Source: Octopus sinensis
Lineage: Eukaryota
Length of the DNA: 64,000 bases
Reading direction: 5' to 3'
Assembly (NCBI RefSeq): GCF_006345805.1
Contig: NC_043005.1
Span: 50,034,001 to 50,098,000 of the forward strand
Each line of letters opens with the position of its first letter. The first letter of the stretch is position 1. A model generated the notes under the pieces. It saw only the letters and a program-made list of their open reading frames with translations. It made no database searches and was not told where the DNA came from. Of this stretch, positions 25,523-38,080 are shown in pieces. The position numbers and the translations under genes are program-made.

Positions 25523-26083
25523 CAGGGTTATTTAAAAGAATGAACTGATTTCATTACCCAATATTTTATAAGGAAAAGAAATAGAAAACTCCATCTAAGT
25601 TGCAAGTATTTACTCATAACTAACTTTTATTTCCTGTCTTACAATTGTTCAATGTGGCCACCATCTGCAGCATGGGTAACAGCTATGCGATAAGAGAATT
25701 CCTCCCAAACGCCTATCAGCATATCACGATCCACTGAGTTGATCGCTGTTGTTATTCGATGTTTAAGGTCATCGAGGTTAGTGGGTAGTGGTGGAACATA
25801 AACACAATCTTTTACATATTCCCACAAGAAAAAAATCTTAAACATCGAATAACAACAGCGATCAACTCAGTGGATCGTGATATGCTGATATGCGTCTGGG
25901 AGGAATTCTCTTATCATATTGATGTTGCCCGTGCTGCAGGTGGTGGCCACATTGAACATTTCTAAGACAGGAAATAAAAGATCGTTGTGAGTAAATACTT
26001 GTGACTTAGCTGGAGTTTTCTATTGTTTTTCCTTATTAAGATAGTGCATAATGAAATCGGTTCGTTCGTTTTGAATAACCCTG
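25523..26083. mobile_element. Fold-back Tc1/mariner element made of two inverted right ends (rosa/DD41D-like C-terminus)
   Basis: TA-flanked TIR CAGGGTTATT. Arms 25523-25767 and 25837-26083 both encode the end of FFLWEYVKDCVYVPPLPTNLDDLKHRITTAINSVDRDML...GGHIEQL. Confidence 0.85.
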
Positions 26084-26091
26084 TATATATC

Positions 26092-26129
<38 letters not shown>

Positions 26130-26367
26130 ATGTGTGTGTGTGTGTGTGTGTGTTTGTATGTGTGTATATAAATACATGTCTGTCTATGTATATATATATA
26201 TATATATATACACATAGATATATGTGTTTGCGCATGAGTATATGTTTGTGTGCTCATCTTTGTGTTTGTCTCTTACCACTGGACAACCGGTACTGGCTTG
26301 TTTGTATGCCTGTAAACTAGCAGTTTGGCAAAAATGTTAAATATTGTGCTTTACAATGCCTTCCATG

Positions 26368-26426
<59 letters not shown>

Positions 26427-27552
26427 GCTTCTGTGCACTATCTGTCTCCCATATTCCCTCACAAAGGCAATGGCTGACCTTGGGCTATAGTAGAAGACAC
26501 TGGCTCAAAGTATCTTCATTAACCATACACCCACTATCTATAACATGGCATTACATATGGTTTAATATTTTAGAATAAAGGATAAAGATCCTTCCCAAGT
26601 CATACAGAGGAATAGTGTCAATTTCCTGGTTTCCATATATTCCATATATTCTCCACCTGGATGGGATACTAGTCAGTTGGTGGATTACTCACTTTTGCTA
26701 GCAGAGTGGACTGGAGCAATGTGAAATGAAGTGTTTTATTCAAGAACACAACACGTCACCTGGTCCAGGAATTGAAACCACCAAGTTATGATCATGATTC
26801 CAACACCCTAACCACTAAGCCATGTATTTGTGCTTGTGCCTCAAATTAACATTTTAGTAATTAGAAAAATAAGCCAGTAAAAAAATGACTCTATTACTTA
26901 TTTTTTCTTAACCCATTTTCTATATTTTGTATATTTACTTATAATTCAATTATTTACTGGTTTGAGCAGCTGTTACTTTGAGGAGTTATTTATTCAAGTA
27001 ACTGCTTTTCATCATCGTTTTTTCTTTATTTTATCATCTGTTTTCGATAAATTGACATCTAACCATGAAATTTGACCTCATGCTGTTGTCAGAAACTAAT
27101 TTTACATAAAAGATAAAAAGAAAATGCATTATGAGGTAAACACATACACACACACACACATGCTTGCACATGCACACACATAAAATTTTTGGTTGAGATG
27201 CTTGACACTTCTCCCTTGCAACTATCTTTTATTTTATATCTTATACATGTTTCATTCATTTGATTGTGGCTATGCTGGAGCACTGCCTTGAAAGCCTTTT
27301 AGTTGAACAAATCTGCCCCAACACTTATTTTCCTTTTTTTTAAATCTGGTACTTATTCTATTAGTCTCTTTTTACCAAACTACTAAGTTATGGGGACATA
27401 CAGACACACACATATATATCATGGGCTTCTTTCAGTTTCCATCTACCAAATCTACTCATAAGGCTTTGGTTGGTCCAAGGCTATAGTAGATGACACTTGC
27501 CCAAGGTGCTATGCAGTGGAACTGAACCCAGAGTCACATGGTTGGGAAGCAA

Positions 27553-27586
27553 TAATAATAATAATGATAATAATAAAAATAATGAT

Positions 27587-27636
<50 letters not shown>

Positions 27637-27945
27637 TAATAATAATAATTAAGATTTCAAATTTTGGCACAAAGTCAATGATTTAGTGGGAGGGGATAAG
27701 TCAGATCAACCCCAGTTCTCAACTTGTACTTATTTTATCAACCCTGAAAGGGTGAAAGATTAAGTCGATCTCAGCAGCATTTGAACTCAGAATGTGAAGA
27801 CGAATAAAACACCACTAAGCATTTTACCAGTTGTGCTAACGATTCTCCCAGCTCACTGCTTTAGATGATTATAATGATGATGATGATGATGATGATGATG
27901 AAGATAATAATGATGATAATAACGATGATGATGATGATCATGATG

Positions 27946-27979
<34 letters not shown>

Positions 27980-28000
27980 TTAATGATGATGATGATCATG

Positions 28001-28054
<54 letters not shown>

Positions 28055-28204
28055 TTGGCATTAGGAAGGGCATCCAGCTGTAGAAACTCTGCCAGATCTG
28101 ACTGGCCTGGTGCAGCCTTCGGGCTTCCCAGACCCCAGTTGAACCATCCAACCCATGCTAGCATGGAAAGCGGACGTTAAACGATGATGATGATGATGAT
28201 GATG

Positions 28205-28255
<51 letters not shown>

Positions 28256-28264
28256 AACAATAAC

Positions 28265-28303
<39 letters not shown>
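27553..28303. repeat. (AAT)n/(GAT)n/(AAC)n trinucleotide fields
   Basis: Direct inspection. Interrupted by SINE B and RTE ends. Confidence 0.9.
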
Positions 28304-28304
<1 letters not shown>

Positions 28305-28384
28305 CACTGATGCATTATCAAGCAGTGGCTTTCGTAGCTTCTGATCTTAACTGATTGGCAGTGTTATTGTTCAAATTGTTCAAA

Positions 28385-30200
28385 AATAATCCAAAGGAGA
28401 CAATGGGGAAAATGTTGCTCCTGCAGAAAATTAATCCAAGGAGTTGTGGAGCAGATTACGGGGAAACAATATGGTGTATAAAAGGGATGCAATGTGGATA
28501 GGAACTATCAAGACAGAATTACAAGGAGGAAAGGAACAAAGGAATATTGTCGTAAGCATGGGTGATGTGAAAGAACAAGTAATTGCACTAATACCCATAA
28601 CAATGACACTTAGGAAAGTTAAGATGGGTTACCGATGTGGGAAGAAAGGCCCATCACTGAACCATCTTCTGTTTATGGATGACCTGAAATTGTTTGGGAA
28701 ATCTGAAAAACAGATAGAGTCCCTAACCAAAACGGTCTAGAAGTGTAGTTGGAACATCGGTATGGAATTTGGGATCACCAAATACTCAGTACTTAATATG
28801 AAAAGAGGGAAGAAAGCAGCCTGCAGAGGATTGTGGTTACCACCAGGAGAGACCATGGGTGAACCCAACAGTAGTGGGTATAGATATTTAGGGATTTGGG
28901 AGCTGGATGACATTCTACAGAGAGACATGAATGTCAAGATCAGTGAAGCATATCAAAAAAGGGTGAAGATGGTGTTGAAATCCAACCTGAATGCCTAAAA
29001 TTTTATTACTGCAATGAATATCTGGGCAGTTGTGGTGGTCAGACATAGTGTGTTCATCCTCAAATGGACTAAGGAGGAAATGTCAACACTGGATAGAAGG
29101 ATGAGAAAGTTGATGATGCTGCATGGGGTGCTACACCCTAAAGCAAACGTAAACAGATTGTATATGAAAAGAAAGAATGGCGGCAGAGGACCAATTAGTA
29201 TAGACCATTGTATAGGGATTGAAAGGAGAACGCTTGCCGAGTATTTGATAAATAGTGATAAAAACCTGATGCAATATGCCGTGAAAGCTATGTGAGAAAA
29301 TGAAGATGAAATGATGGGCAAGGTAGAATTTAACCAGAGAGCTGAGGAGAAGAGAAAAGAAGACCTTCTTGAAATGAGAATGCATGGACAGTTTGAAAGG
29401 AATACACAAGATGTTAAGGATAATACAGCATCATGGGCATGGCTTGAGCAAGGTAATTTGAAGCATACCACCAAAAGCCTGATCCTTGCTGCAAAAGACC
29501 AGGCTCTTGCTACCAATTCAATGAAGTATAGCATCTATAAAACTTCTGACATCCAGAAATGCAGAATCTGTGGAAAGAGTGTGGAAAATGTATCCCACTT
29601 GGTAAGTGGAGGTGAGAGTCTTGCACCAAAAAATACAAATGTCACCATGATAAAGTGTGTGTGTATCTTCATTGTATCTTATGCCGTAAATACCAATATG
29701 AAGTATCAGAGAACTGGTATGAACATGTACCAAGTAAAGTTATGCAGGAGGATGGAAAAGTAACACTACTCTGGGACTATGATTTTCAGATGGATCATGT
29801 AATTGAACACCGTCGACTGGATATTGTCATATTGAATAAGAGAGTCAAATACTGTCAGATCATTGATGTAGCCATACCAACTGACATGAATGTTGTGAGT
29901 AAAGAGGTTGAAAAAATCACCAAGTACTCTGAATTGAAAGTGGAAATGGCAAGATTGAATGGAATGCAAGAGGGTCATGTAAAAGTGATAGTAGTGGTGA
30001 TCGGAGCATTGGGCTCAATCTCATTGAAACTTCAAGACTTCTTAAGGCAACTGGAAATTCCATGCAAGATGACGTCTTACAAAAAGCAGCCGTATTGGGC
30101 ACAGCGCACATCTTAAGGAAAGTATTAGGTCCTTGTTGTGACTTGACAAATGACTAAAGACTCCGGTGAATTTTTACCTACTCTGTGTTACGAAGGAATA
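28385..30200 (+). mobile_element. R4/Dong-like non-LTR retrotransposon (RT + CCHC knuckle + restriction-like endonuclease), truncated and internally deleted
   Basis: LNHLLFMDDLKLF (RT), YRYLGI, HPKANVNRLYMKRKNGGRG, MHGQF, CRICGKSVENVSHLVSG, HRRLDIVI...IIDVAIP...KEVEKITKY. Several stops and frameshifts. Ends in (AAT)n. Confidence 0.92.
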
Positions 30201-30221
30201 ATAATAATTAATAATAATAAA

Positions 30222-30590
30222 CTGTGTAGAATATTCGAATGCATGCTAAGTGAGAAGATGAAATTGCAAGAATGTGGGCAATGATAAGAGTAACTGTCAC
30301 CCCAATATTAGTAGGGGCACCTGGAGCACTAACAACCAAGTTCAAGAAATATGTCAGAGAAACTGGAATTGGTAGGAGGGTAGAATATACTAAAAAAACT
30401 GCTCTGTTTGTAGCAGCAAGGATTTTGAGATTGGTTCTTGGGTGTGAAGTATCTTTCATATTTAACATCTGAGTACCAAGTCTTATAATTTGTAGAAAGA
30501 GACCCTCTGAGACCTTTGATGACAGGATCCTGTATGCTCTCACAGAATTAACCAGAGCAAGTAAGATGGAGAATTCTGAGAAGTAAAATT
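30222..30590 (+). mobile_element. 3' end of a second R4/Dong-like family
   Basis: RMWAMIRVTVTPILVGAPGALTTKFKKY...KKTALFVAARILRLVLG is an RLE C-terminus. Followed by AAT/GAT repeats. Confidence 0.75.
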
Positions 30591-30719
30591 TAATAACGAT
30601 AATAATAATGATAATATTAATGAGGAGGAGGATGATAATAATGATGATGATAATTTCTAATGAAACAATTTGTCAATGCCAACAGCTCCAAAACGAAGTG
30701 CCATTAACTAGAAGTGGAT

Positions 30720-31170
30720 GGAACTCATGGAAGAGGGAGATCCATGAAGACATGGGGTGAGGTACTGAAGAATAATCTCAGAATGCTGAGCCTTTCGGAC
30801 AAGATGACAAAGGACTGAGATACCTGACACCTTGCAGTACTCAAGAAGACATGTCCACCACAATAGAGGTATTAAGGCTACATTCCCTGATGAAGAGGAT
30901 TTGCCTGCAAGAGTCCTGTGCTGGTGCCATGTAAAAAGCATTCATGCCAGTGCCACGTAGAAGCACTCATGTCAGTGGTGCATTAAAAGTATGATGAAGA
31001 CACTGTTAAGTAGCTGGTGTTAGGAAGGGCATCCAGTTGTAGAAACCAAATCAGACTGGAGCCTGGTGCTACTTCCCAGCTTGTCAGCTCTGATCAAACT
31101 CTCTAACCCATGCCAGCATGGAAAACAGATGTTAAAGGATGGTGATGATGATGATGATGATGATGATGAG
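30720..31170 (+). mobile_element. RTE 3' end
   Basis: GRGRSMKTWGEVLKNNLRML, then the TTAGGAAGGGCATCCAG...CCAACCCATGCCAGCATGGAA terminus and (GAT)n. Confidence 0.85.
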
Positions 31171-31253
31171 GATAAACGGGTGAAATACAAAGTTGTACCA
31201 AGTGGAAATTGAACTTAGAACATAAAGAGCAAGGCATTTTGTCTGGTGTTCTA

Positions 31254-32490
31254 TTAGGTTGTCAAGAAAGTTCTTGCGGAATTTTTAATTTTGGTTTTAA
31301 ATGATGTATTTTGAAATTAATTTTCATTAAATTACTTTGACTTTATATATCATTTTAAAGCCCGTTTTTTCACTCTGTCTAATCGTTTTACTCTTTTTCT
31401 TTTTGAATAATTAGGCCATTTTGTCCGGAACGTTGAATACAACATGGAAAAAAAGCAAATTTGCACAATTTTCTTATTCCAGTTCAAGCTAGGTCGAAAA
31501 GCTGCTGAAACAGCTTGTGATATCAACGATGCATTTGACCCAAGAAACCACTAATGAATGTACGACACAATGGTGGTTCAAGCAATTTCGTAGCGGTGAC
31601 AAGAGTCTTGAAGATGATAAGCGTAGTGGTTGGCCATCGGATGTTGACAACGATCAACTAAGAGCCTTAGTTGAAGCTAATTCACTCACAACTGTTTGAG
31701 AGCATGCTTCTGAATTAGACGTAACATATATGACAATTTCCAACCTCTTGAAAGAGAATGGAAAAACAAAAATACTTGAGAAATGGGTACTGCACAAATT
31801 GAACGACAACAAAAAAAAAAGCCATTTTGCAGTGTTGTCTACCCTTCTTTTAATGCAACAAGAACGACCCATTTCTCGACCGGATTGTGACTTGCAAGGA
31901 AAAGTAGATTCTCTACGACAACCGGCAACACTCAGCTCAGTGGTTGGATGCTGACGAAGTTCCACGGCACTTCCCAAAGCCAAAGTTACACTAAAAGAAG
32001 GTCATGGTGACTGGTGGTCTGTGGCTGGTTTCATCCATCACAGCTTTTTGGATCCAGGCAAAACCATTACAGCGGAGAAGTACTGTCAGCAAATGGATGA
32101 AATGCATCAGAAACTCTGACAACAACAGCCAGCATTGGTCACACAACTGACCCTGCAGTAGTTGAATGAATTGGGCTATGAAACTCTGCCTCATCTGCCA
32201 TACTCACCAGACTTCTCACCTACTGACTACCACTTTTTCAAGCATCTCGACCTCTTCCTGCGTGAGAAATGCTTCAAAATCCAAGACAATGCCAAACATG
32301 CCTTCAACGGCTTCTTCACCACCAGAATGCAGGATTTTTACACTACTGGCATAAATAAACTTGTTTCATGTTGGCAAAAGTGTGTTGTTTCTGATGGTGT
32401 TTATTTCGATTAATAAAGTTTTGTTTGAGCCGAGGTAAGTGCATCTGAATTTAAAAGTTAAAAGCCACAATAACTTTCTTGACAACCTAA
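31254..32490 (+). mobile_element. Near full-length mariner, cecropia subfamily (Hsmar1/SETMAR-like), inactive
   Basis: TA|TTAGGTTGTCAAGAAAGTT...AACTTTCTTGACAACCTAA|TA, 1237 bp. MEKKQICTIFLFQFKLGRKAAETA...KWVLHKL...DRIVTCKEK*ILYDN...PYSPDFSPTDYHFFKHLD...WQKCVVSDGVYFD, with stops and frameshifts. Confidence 0.96.
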
Positions 32491-33236
32491 TAATAATTCC
32501 GTAACACCACCAGCCAACATTTTTGAGGGTGGGGATACATTATTTAGATCAACTCTGGTGCTCAACTGGTACTTATTTTATTCACTCCAAAAGGATAAAA
32601 GGCAAAGTTGACCTTGATGGAATTTGAACTCAGAACAATGACAGAACAAATGCCACTAAGCATTTTGCCCAGCATGGTAATCATTTTGCCAGCTTGCCAC
32701 CTTAGGATTTTGCCTAACATGCTAATATTTCTGCCAGCTCACTGCCCCAATCCACCAACTAATAATAATGATGATAATAATCATAGCATGGCTCACACTC
32801 ATTCTAGAAAATAGTTCTGCTAGGCATACCTCACAATCTAAACAAGACACTTTCAATTCAATAGCACAACTGTCATTGCACATATTCAAATATTCTACAC
32901 AATTATCACCTTATAATATAACACAATCCACACGGAACATAATCTATAGAATCAGCACCCAGAAAAATAATGCAGCATATTCTTGCATAATCAACACCTG
33001 ATATTATAACACATCCTACATATCACTAACAACTCACATAAATCATATTCTGTACACAATTGCCACCTGAAAATATAACACAACCCAAATGGCATATATT
33101 CTTTATATTCTGCATAATCATCACACAACGCTAAAACATGTAACACAACTGAAACAGCAGATATGAAATGCAGTCATAAACCAATGAAATAGCAGAACTC
33201 ACATACCGCGTATCTGTGCAAAAGAAGAAACACTAA

Positions 33237-33599
33237 CCCTTTGAGTGCAGAAAGCAGATATATTTGCTCGTAATTTTATTACCGTTAAATGCAGAAAGTA
33301 TTTTTACTCTACAGCTTTGAAAAAAAATTCTCCTTATGCTGTGAGAAGCAGAGACACTCGGGTGACACTTTTTATGGAAGGCAATTATTCAGATTTAAAA
33401 AACTTTTTCACATATTTCATCAAATATTTCTTCATAAAGCAAGAATCAAATATTTTTAGTGGTGGATATGAAAGCCATATCTAAAGAAGATACTGAAAAA
33501 AGTATTGCTGAAGTAGAAAATATCAATTCAAATTTTTTTGGTGGATAATTAAACATCATTACAGGAATGACTATGAAATTTAATTACGCTGTCAAAGGG
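33237..33599. mobile_element. piggyBac-derived non-autonomous element
   Basis: CTAA|CCCTTTGA...TCAAAGGG|TTAA. Confidence 0.65.
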
Positions 33600-34172
33600 T
33601 TAAAATAACAGAAGCAAGCAATAAAACAGATCTTACAATAAAGTAAACTGATGTAGTACACAATCTAATTCTACATCTCCAAAAGACAAAGCTGCACAAG
33701 TGTCTTAGCAGCAACACTGAACTTCATGTGGTGCTGGTGTAGAAATGTGCATAAAATTGTTGAGAATATCATCATCACTGTCACCATCACCATCATCATC
33801 ATGACCATTTAATGTCCATTTTCCATGCTGGCATGGGTTGGATAGCTTGACAAGAGCTGGAAAGCCAAAGAACTGCACCAGGTTCCACTCGTCTGTTTCA
33901 GCATGGTTTCCATGCCCAGATGCCCTTCCTAATACCAACCACTTTATAGAGTGTGCTCAGTGACTTTTACATGGCACCAGTATAGGCACTTTGCATGTGG
34001 CACCAGCATGGATGCTTTCTATGTGGCACCAGCATGGGTGCTTTTTACATGGAACCAGTGGGAGTGTATATTACTTTTACATGGCATTTCTAATTTAGGT
34101 GCAAAGCCAGCAATTTTAGGTGGAATGGTTTGTTGATATCAAAGCACCAGTCTAGACCCTGGCACTAGACTA

Positions 34173-34580
34173 ATCGCTGATCATGTATGGAAAAATGGAG
34201 ACTATCTCCCCTTGTGGGATGAAATTAAAATAATAGACAGAGAGCACCACTGGAAAATACAAAAACTAAAAGAAGCAGCACATATGCTAGGACACAACAA
34301 CTTCCTAAGCAGACCGAGTTCAGATATGAGCAGCAAATTGCCCACGGGCATATGGCATAGTGGTTAAGAGTGCAGGCTACTAACCCCAAGATTCCGAGTT
34401 CGATTCCAAGCAGTAACCTGAACAATAATAATAATAACATTGAAAATATCATAAGAACGAGAACCCAGGTTCAAAATTTCCCCATGACACCTGAAGAAGG
34501 CTGGAGGGTATATCAGCTGAAACGTGTTAGCAACAAACAAGATGGGGACAAACATCTGTTGAATGTAAATAATGTAAGTA
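34173..34580 (+). mobile_element. Penelope-like element 3' end: GIY-YIG C-terminus + tRNA-like segment + hammerhead
   Basis: Open frame 34173-34365 reads IADHVWKNGDYLPLWDEIKIIDREHHWKIQKLKEAAHMLGHNNFLSRPS..., matching the PLE endonuclease C-terminal pattern (H.W...KI.D.E..W..R..KEA). A box TGGCATAGTGG and B box GTTCGATTCC lie at 34346-34418, followed by the HHR motif. Confidence 0.8.
34485..34529 (+). ncRNA. Degenerate hammerhead motif in a PLE 3' end
   Basis: UGACAC-CUGAAGA-A-GGCUG-GAGGGUAUAU-CAGCU-GAAA-C-GUGUUA. Stem I pairs over 6 bp and stem II is present, but only one nt lies between GAAA and stem I, so the GUH triplet is missing. Confidence 0.65.
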
Positions 34581-35699
34581 ATAGACTGATACTTTGTTTT
34601 ACAAACCCTGGAGGAACAAAAGGCAGAGTGATCTTAGAAGGATTCAAACCCAGCATGTAAAGAACTAACAAAAATATTGCTAGGCACTGTTGCCTATGTG
34701 TTAATGGTTCAGTCAATTCATTGCTTTAATCATTTCTAATTTTGAAACAAGATCAGTAATTTTGAGGAAAGGATTAGTTAATAACATTAAGCGCACTACT
34801 CAAATGATACTTCATTTTTTTTTTATCCTGAGAGGATGAAAGGCAAAACTGACTTTGGCTTGATTTGAACTCAGAACAAACAGCTGGAAAAAAGATGAGA
34901 AAGCATTTTGTCTGATGCTCTAATGTTTCTGCCAATCCATCACCCTTAATATTGGTTTCATATTTTGGCACAAGACCAGCATTTTATCGGGGGTGGGTGC
35001 AAGTCAGTTACATCAACCCCAGGGCTTAACTGGTACTTACTTTATCAATCCTGAAAGAATGAAAGGCAAAGTTGACCCCAACAATATTTGAACTCAGAAC
35101 GTAAAGTTGAAAGAAATGCCACTAAGTATTTTCTCTGGTGTGGTCACAACTCTGCCGGCTCACCATCTTCATCACCCTTAATGTTTGGACCTAACATAAG
35201 TAGAAGGTCAGAAATTTGGGGTTAAGGAAAGCTAGTTAAACTAATCTCAGATGTTGTGTGGCACTTGTTATTTTATTGACCCAGAAAAATTGAAAGTGCA
35301 AAGATGAACTTGGCAGGATTTGAACTCACAACATAACACTGCAACTATTGTGCCAATCCAATACCCTTATTATCTATCAATAATTGTTTCTAATCTAGGC
35401 ACAAGGCTTGAAAGATTTATGGAGAAAAAGAATGGGTTATATTAACCCCAGTACTTGATTGTACCATATTTTATAAATTCTTGAGAGATAAAAGGTAAAG
35501 TTGATCTCTGCAGGATCTGAACTGAAAACATAAAGACCTGTAACTAAATACTACAAGAACGAGTGAGAAGACATTGCAGAATCAATTATGAGAAAAACTC
35601 TTTATAGAGAACAAAAGTATACCAAAGGAATGAAAAGAAACATCTGAATAGGGTACTGTCACCTAGGGCCTATCAAGGAATCCCTAGAGATCAAAGAAA

Positions 35700-36300
35700 T
35701 CCTGATTGCCAAGGGCAAATGCTCTCTCTCTCTGCTGTGTTCTCTGGTTTAATGGTATCTCTTGAGAGTAGACCCACTTCAGGCATTCTCACTACACTTA
35801 CCAACTTCCCAGCAAAATCATCAGAGAGCATCACCTTCTTCTTCACATTTACTTTCCTCTCTATGAGGCACTTGAAGTTAATGAAGGTTTTCAGCCCTTT
35901 TAATATTGTTTACTGAACTATCACTTTCTCCAGAGTCACGAGATAAAGGAAAACGTCTTTCAGTTTTTGGCTTAAGGAAATTGAAAGAGCAATCTTCAAA
36001 ATGGATTTAACTGACAACCTGAAGCATTCTTGAAGCAACAGTAACTTCAACATAATTCTGTAAAGCAGTAATGCTCAAACACTGAATGAGTATCTGCAGA
36101 ATGTTTTCCTCTCCCTGCATGCATCTTTGACAGGGTACTTTTCTCTATATGGGTACTCTTCTCTTCCAGGTTGCAAGTAAGGTGCATTTCATCAAACTGC
36201 AATGTGAATCTGTCCCACATTAGCTTCAGTAGGTATTCAATTTCATTGCATCTCTAACATCAATGTAGTTAAGTGGTCGATGTACATTATTCTGATGCAA
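35700..36300 (-). mobile_element. Decayed Tx1/L1-like LINE 3' region
   Basis: Degenerate CCHC knuckle PCQRCMQGEENILQILIQC at 36079-36135 (His replaced by Gln). Downstream KGLKT and ERKV motifs. Confidence 0.55.
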
Positions 36301-36670
36301 GTGGTTATAGTACACTATTCTTTCCAAAGTATAACATCTGATATATAATATCTATTGTTCAGCATGATAGCAGTGACCAGTTATAAAAGCACAAGGTCAC
36401 AAATCAGTTAAATAGGCATAAGGGTATCATTGCTTGAATAAACTCAAATACTTGATTGTAATTTGTTTGATAGTCCCTGGAAAATGAATAATGATTCATA
36501 ATATTATTTATGATCTAGTTATATTACTATTTATAATATTATTTATAATATAATTCATGAGATGAAGTAGTGGAAATATAGCCCTCTCACAGTAGTAGAA
36601 AATAAAGACACCATCATTCTTTGAAACTTTAGAATTCAAACTGATCCATTTATTCAGGTTATAAACTAGA

Positions 36671-36960
36671 TATTCTGTTGTGTCTGGGGAGAGTCATTTT
36701 CTTTTTGTGCCTTATAATGTAACACACGCACCAGTAAAATTTCTACTTTTTTCTTATTTTTATTTTTATTTTCCTAAAATTTCGCTGCGTCTTGCAACCT
36801 TTTCAATAGTCTTGACTCTGTCCATTATTTACACTGTGTGAGTGTGTTACATTATAAGGCACAAAAAGAAAATGACTCTCTCCAGACACAACAGAATGTG
36901 CTTCAACACACAAACTCATCTTGTAAAGTATCTTGCAAACCAAATCCAAAAACAAAACTA
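36671..36960. mobile_element. Direct copy plus partial inverted copy of the 19.8-20.0 kb repeat
   Basis: 36671-36730 is the reverse complement of about 36838-36898. Inverted termini of this kind are typical of PLE insertions. Confidence 0.6.
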
Positions 36961-37240
36961 GATATTGTTGGGTGAAAATCACATTTACAAAACATGTTTG
37001 CTCACAGTTATGACAAACCTAGCTGACTGCAGTACCTCTGTGAAAATGCTTGAAAAATTAAATAAATTCAAGGATCTTGAAATATATCTTAAAAATGCAG
37101 CATCTTAGAATGACAGCTGTACCTGTGATAGAGCTCTGGAGATAATACCAAAAAGTACTCTTAAATGCTATAGCCAAATATCAAGAAACCCAAAAGTAAC
37201 AGACAACAAAAAATTGTACTCCTCCATCCAGAGTAAAACA
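36960..37240 (+). mobile_element. Decayed RLE (R4-like) endonuclease C-terminal fragment
   Basis: With frameshifts: ...SVKMLEKLNKFKDLEI..., ...TAVPVI.ALEII..., ...KIVL. Confidence 0.55.
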
Positions 37241-37274
37241 CTGTCACCATGATTGTCATATCTGTGAGCAAACT

Positions 37275-38080
37275 TTCTTGAAATGAGAATGCATGGACAG
37301 TTTGAAAGAAATACACAAGATGTTAAGGATAATACAGCAGTGTGGACATGGCTTGAGTGAGGTGATTTGAAGCGTGCCGTCAAAAACTTTATCCTTGCTG
37401 CAAAAGACCAGGCTCTCACTACCAGTTCAATGAAGTATAGCATCTATAAAACTTCTGACACCCAGAAATGAAGAATCTGTAGAAAAAGTGTGGAAAATGT
37501 AACCCACTTGGTAAGTGAAGGTGAGGGCCTTGCACAAAAAGAATACAAATGTCGCCACAATAAAGAGTGTGAGTATCTTCATTGGCTCTTATGCTGTAAA
37601 TACCAATATGAAGTATCAGAGAACTGGTATGAGTATGTACCAAGTAAAGTTATGCAGGAGGATGGAAAAGTAACGATACTCTGGGACTATGATTTTCAGA
37701 TGGATCATGTAATCGAACACCATTGGCTGGATATTGTCATATTGAATAAGAGACACAAATACTGTCAGATCATTGATGTAGCCATACTAAATGACAGGAA
37801 TGTTGTGAGTAAAGAGGTTGAAAAAATCACCAAGTACTCTGAATTGAAAGTGGAAATGGCAAGACTGTATGGAATGCAAGAGTGTAATGTAAAAGTGATA
37901 CTAGGGGTGTTCGGAGCACTGGACTCAATCCCATTGAAACTTCAAAACTTCTTTAAAAAGCAGCATTATTGGACACAGCATGCATCTTAAGGAAAGTATT
38001 ATCTGTCTAAGGTCCTTGTGACTTGACAAATGACTAAAGATTCTGGTGCATTTTTACCTACACTGTTACGAAGGAATAAT
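37275..38080 (+). mobile_element. Second copy of the 28.4-30.2 kb R4/Dong-like element (3' part)
   Basis: About 90% similar by eye to 29370-30200. ORF 37490-37990 carries ENVTHLVS, LAQKEYKCRHN, WDYDFQMDHVIEH and IIDVAI. Same 3' UTR ending GAAGGAATAAT. Confidence 0.9.

Noticed and set aside
30208-30543. 111-aa minus-strand ORF and other antisense ORFs over 28.7-30.1 kb and 37.2-37.6 kb
   Set aside because: They are antisense shadows of the R4-like retroelement coding sequence.
34346-34418. Functional tRNA gene
   Set aside because: A and B boxes are present, but no acceptor stem or clean anticodon arm. The SINE heads likewise are tRNA-derived, not tRNA genes.
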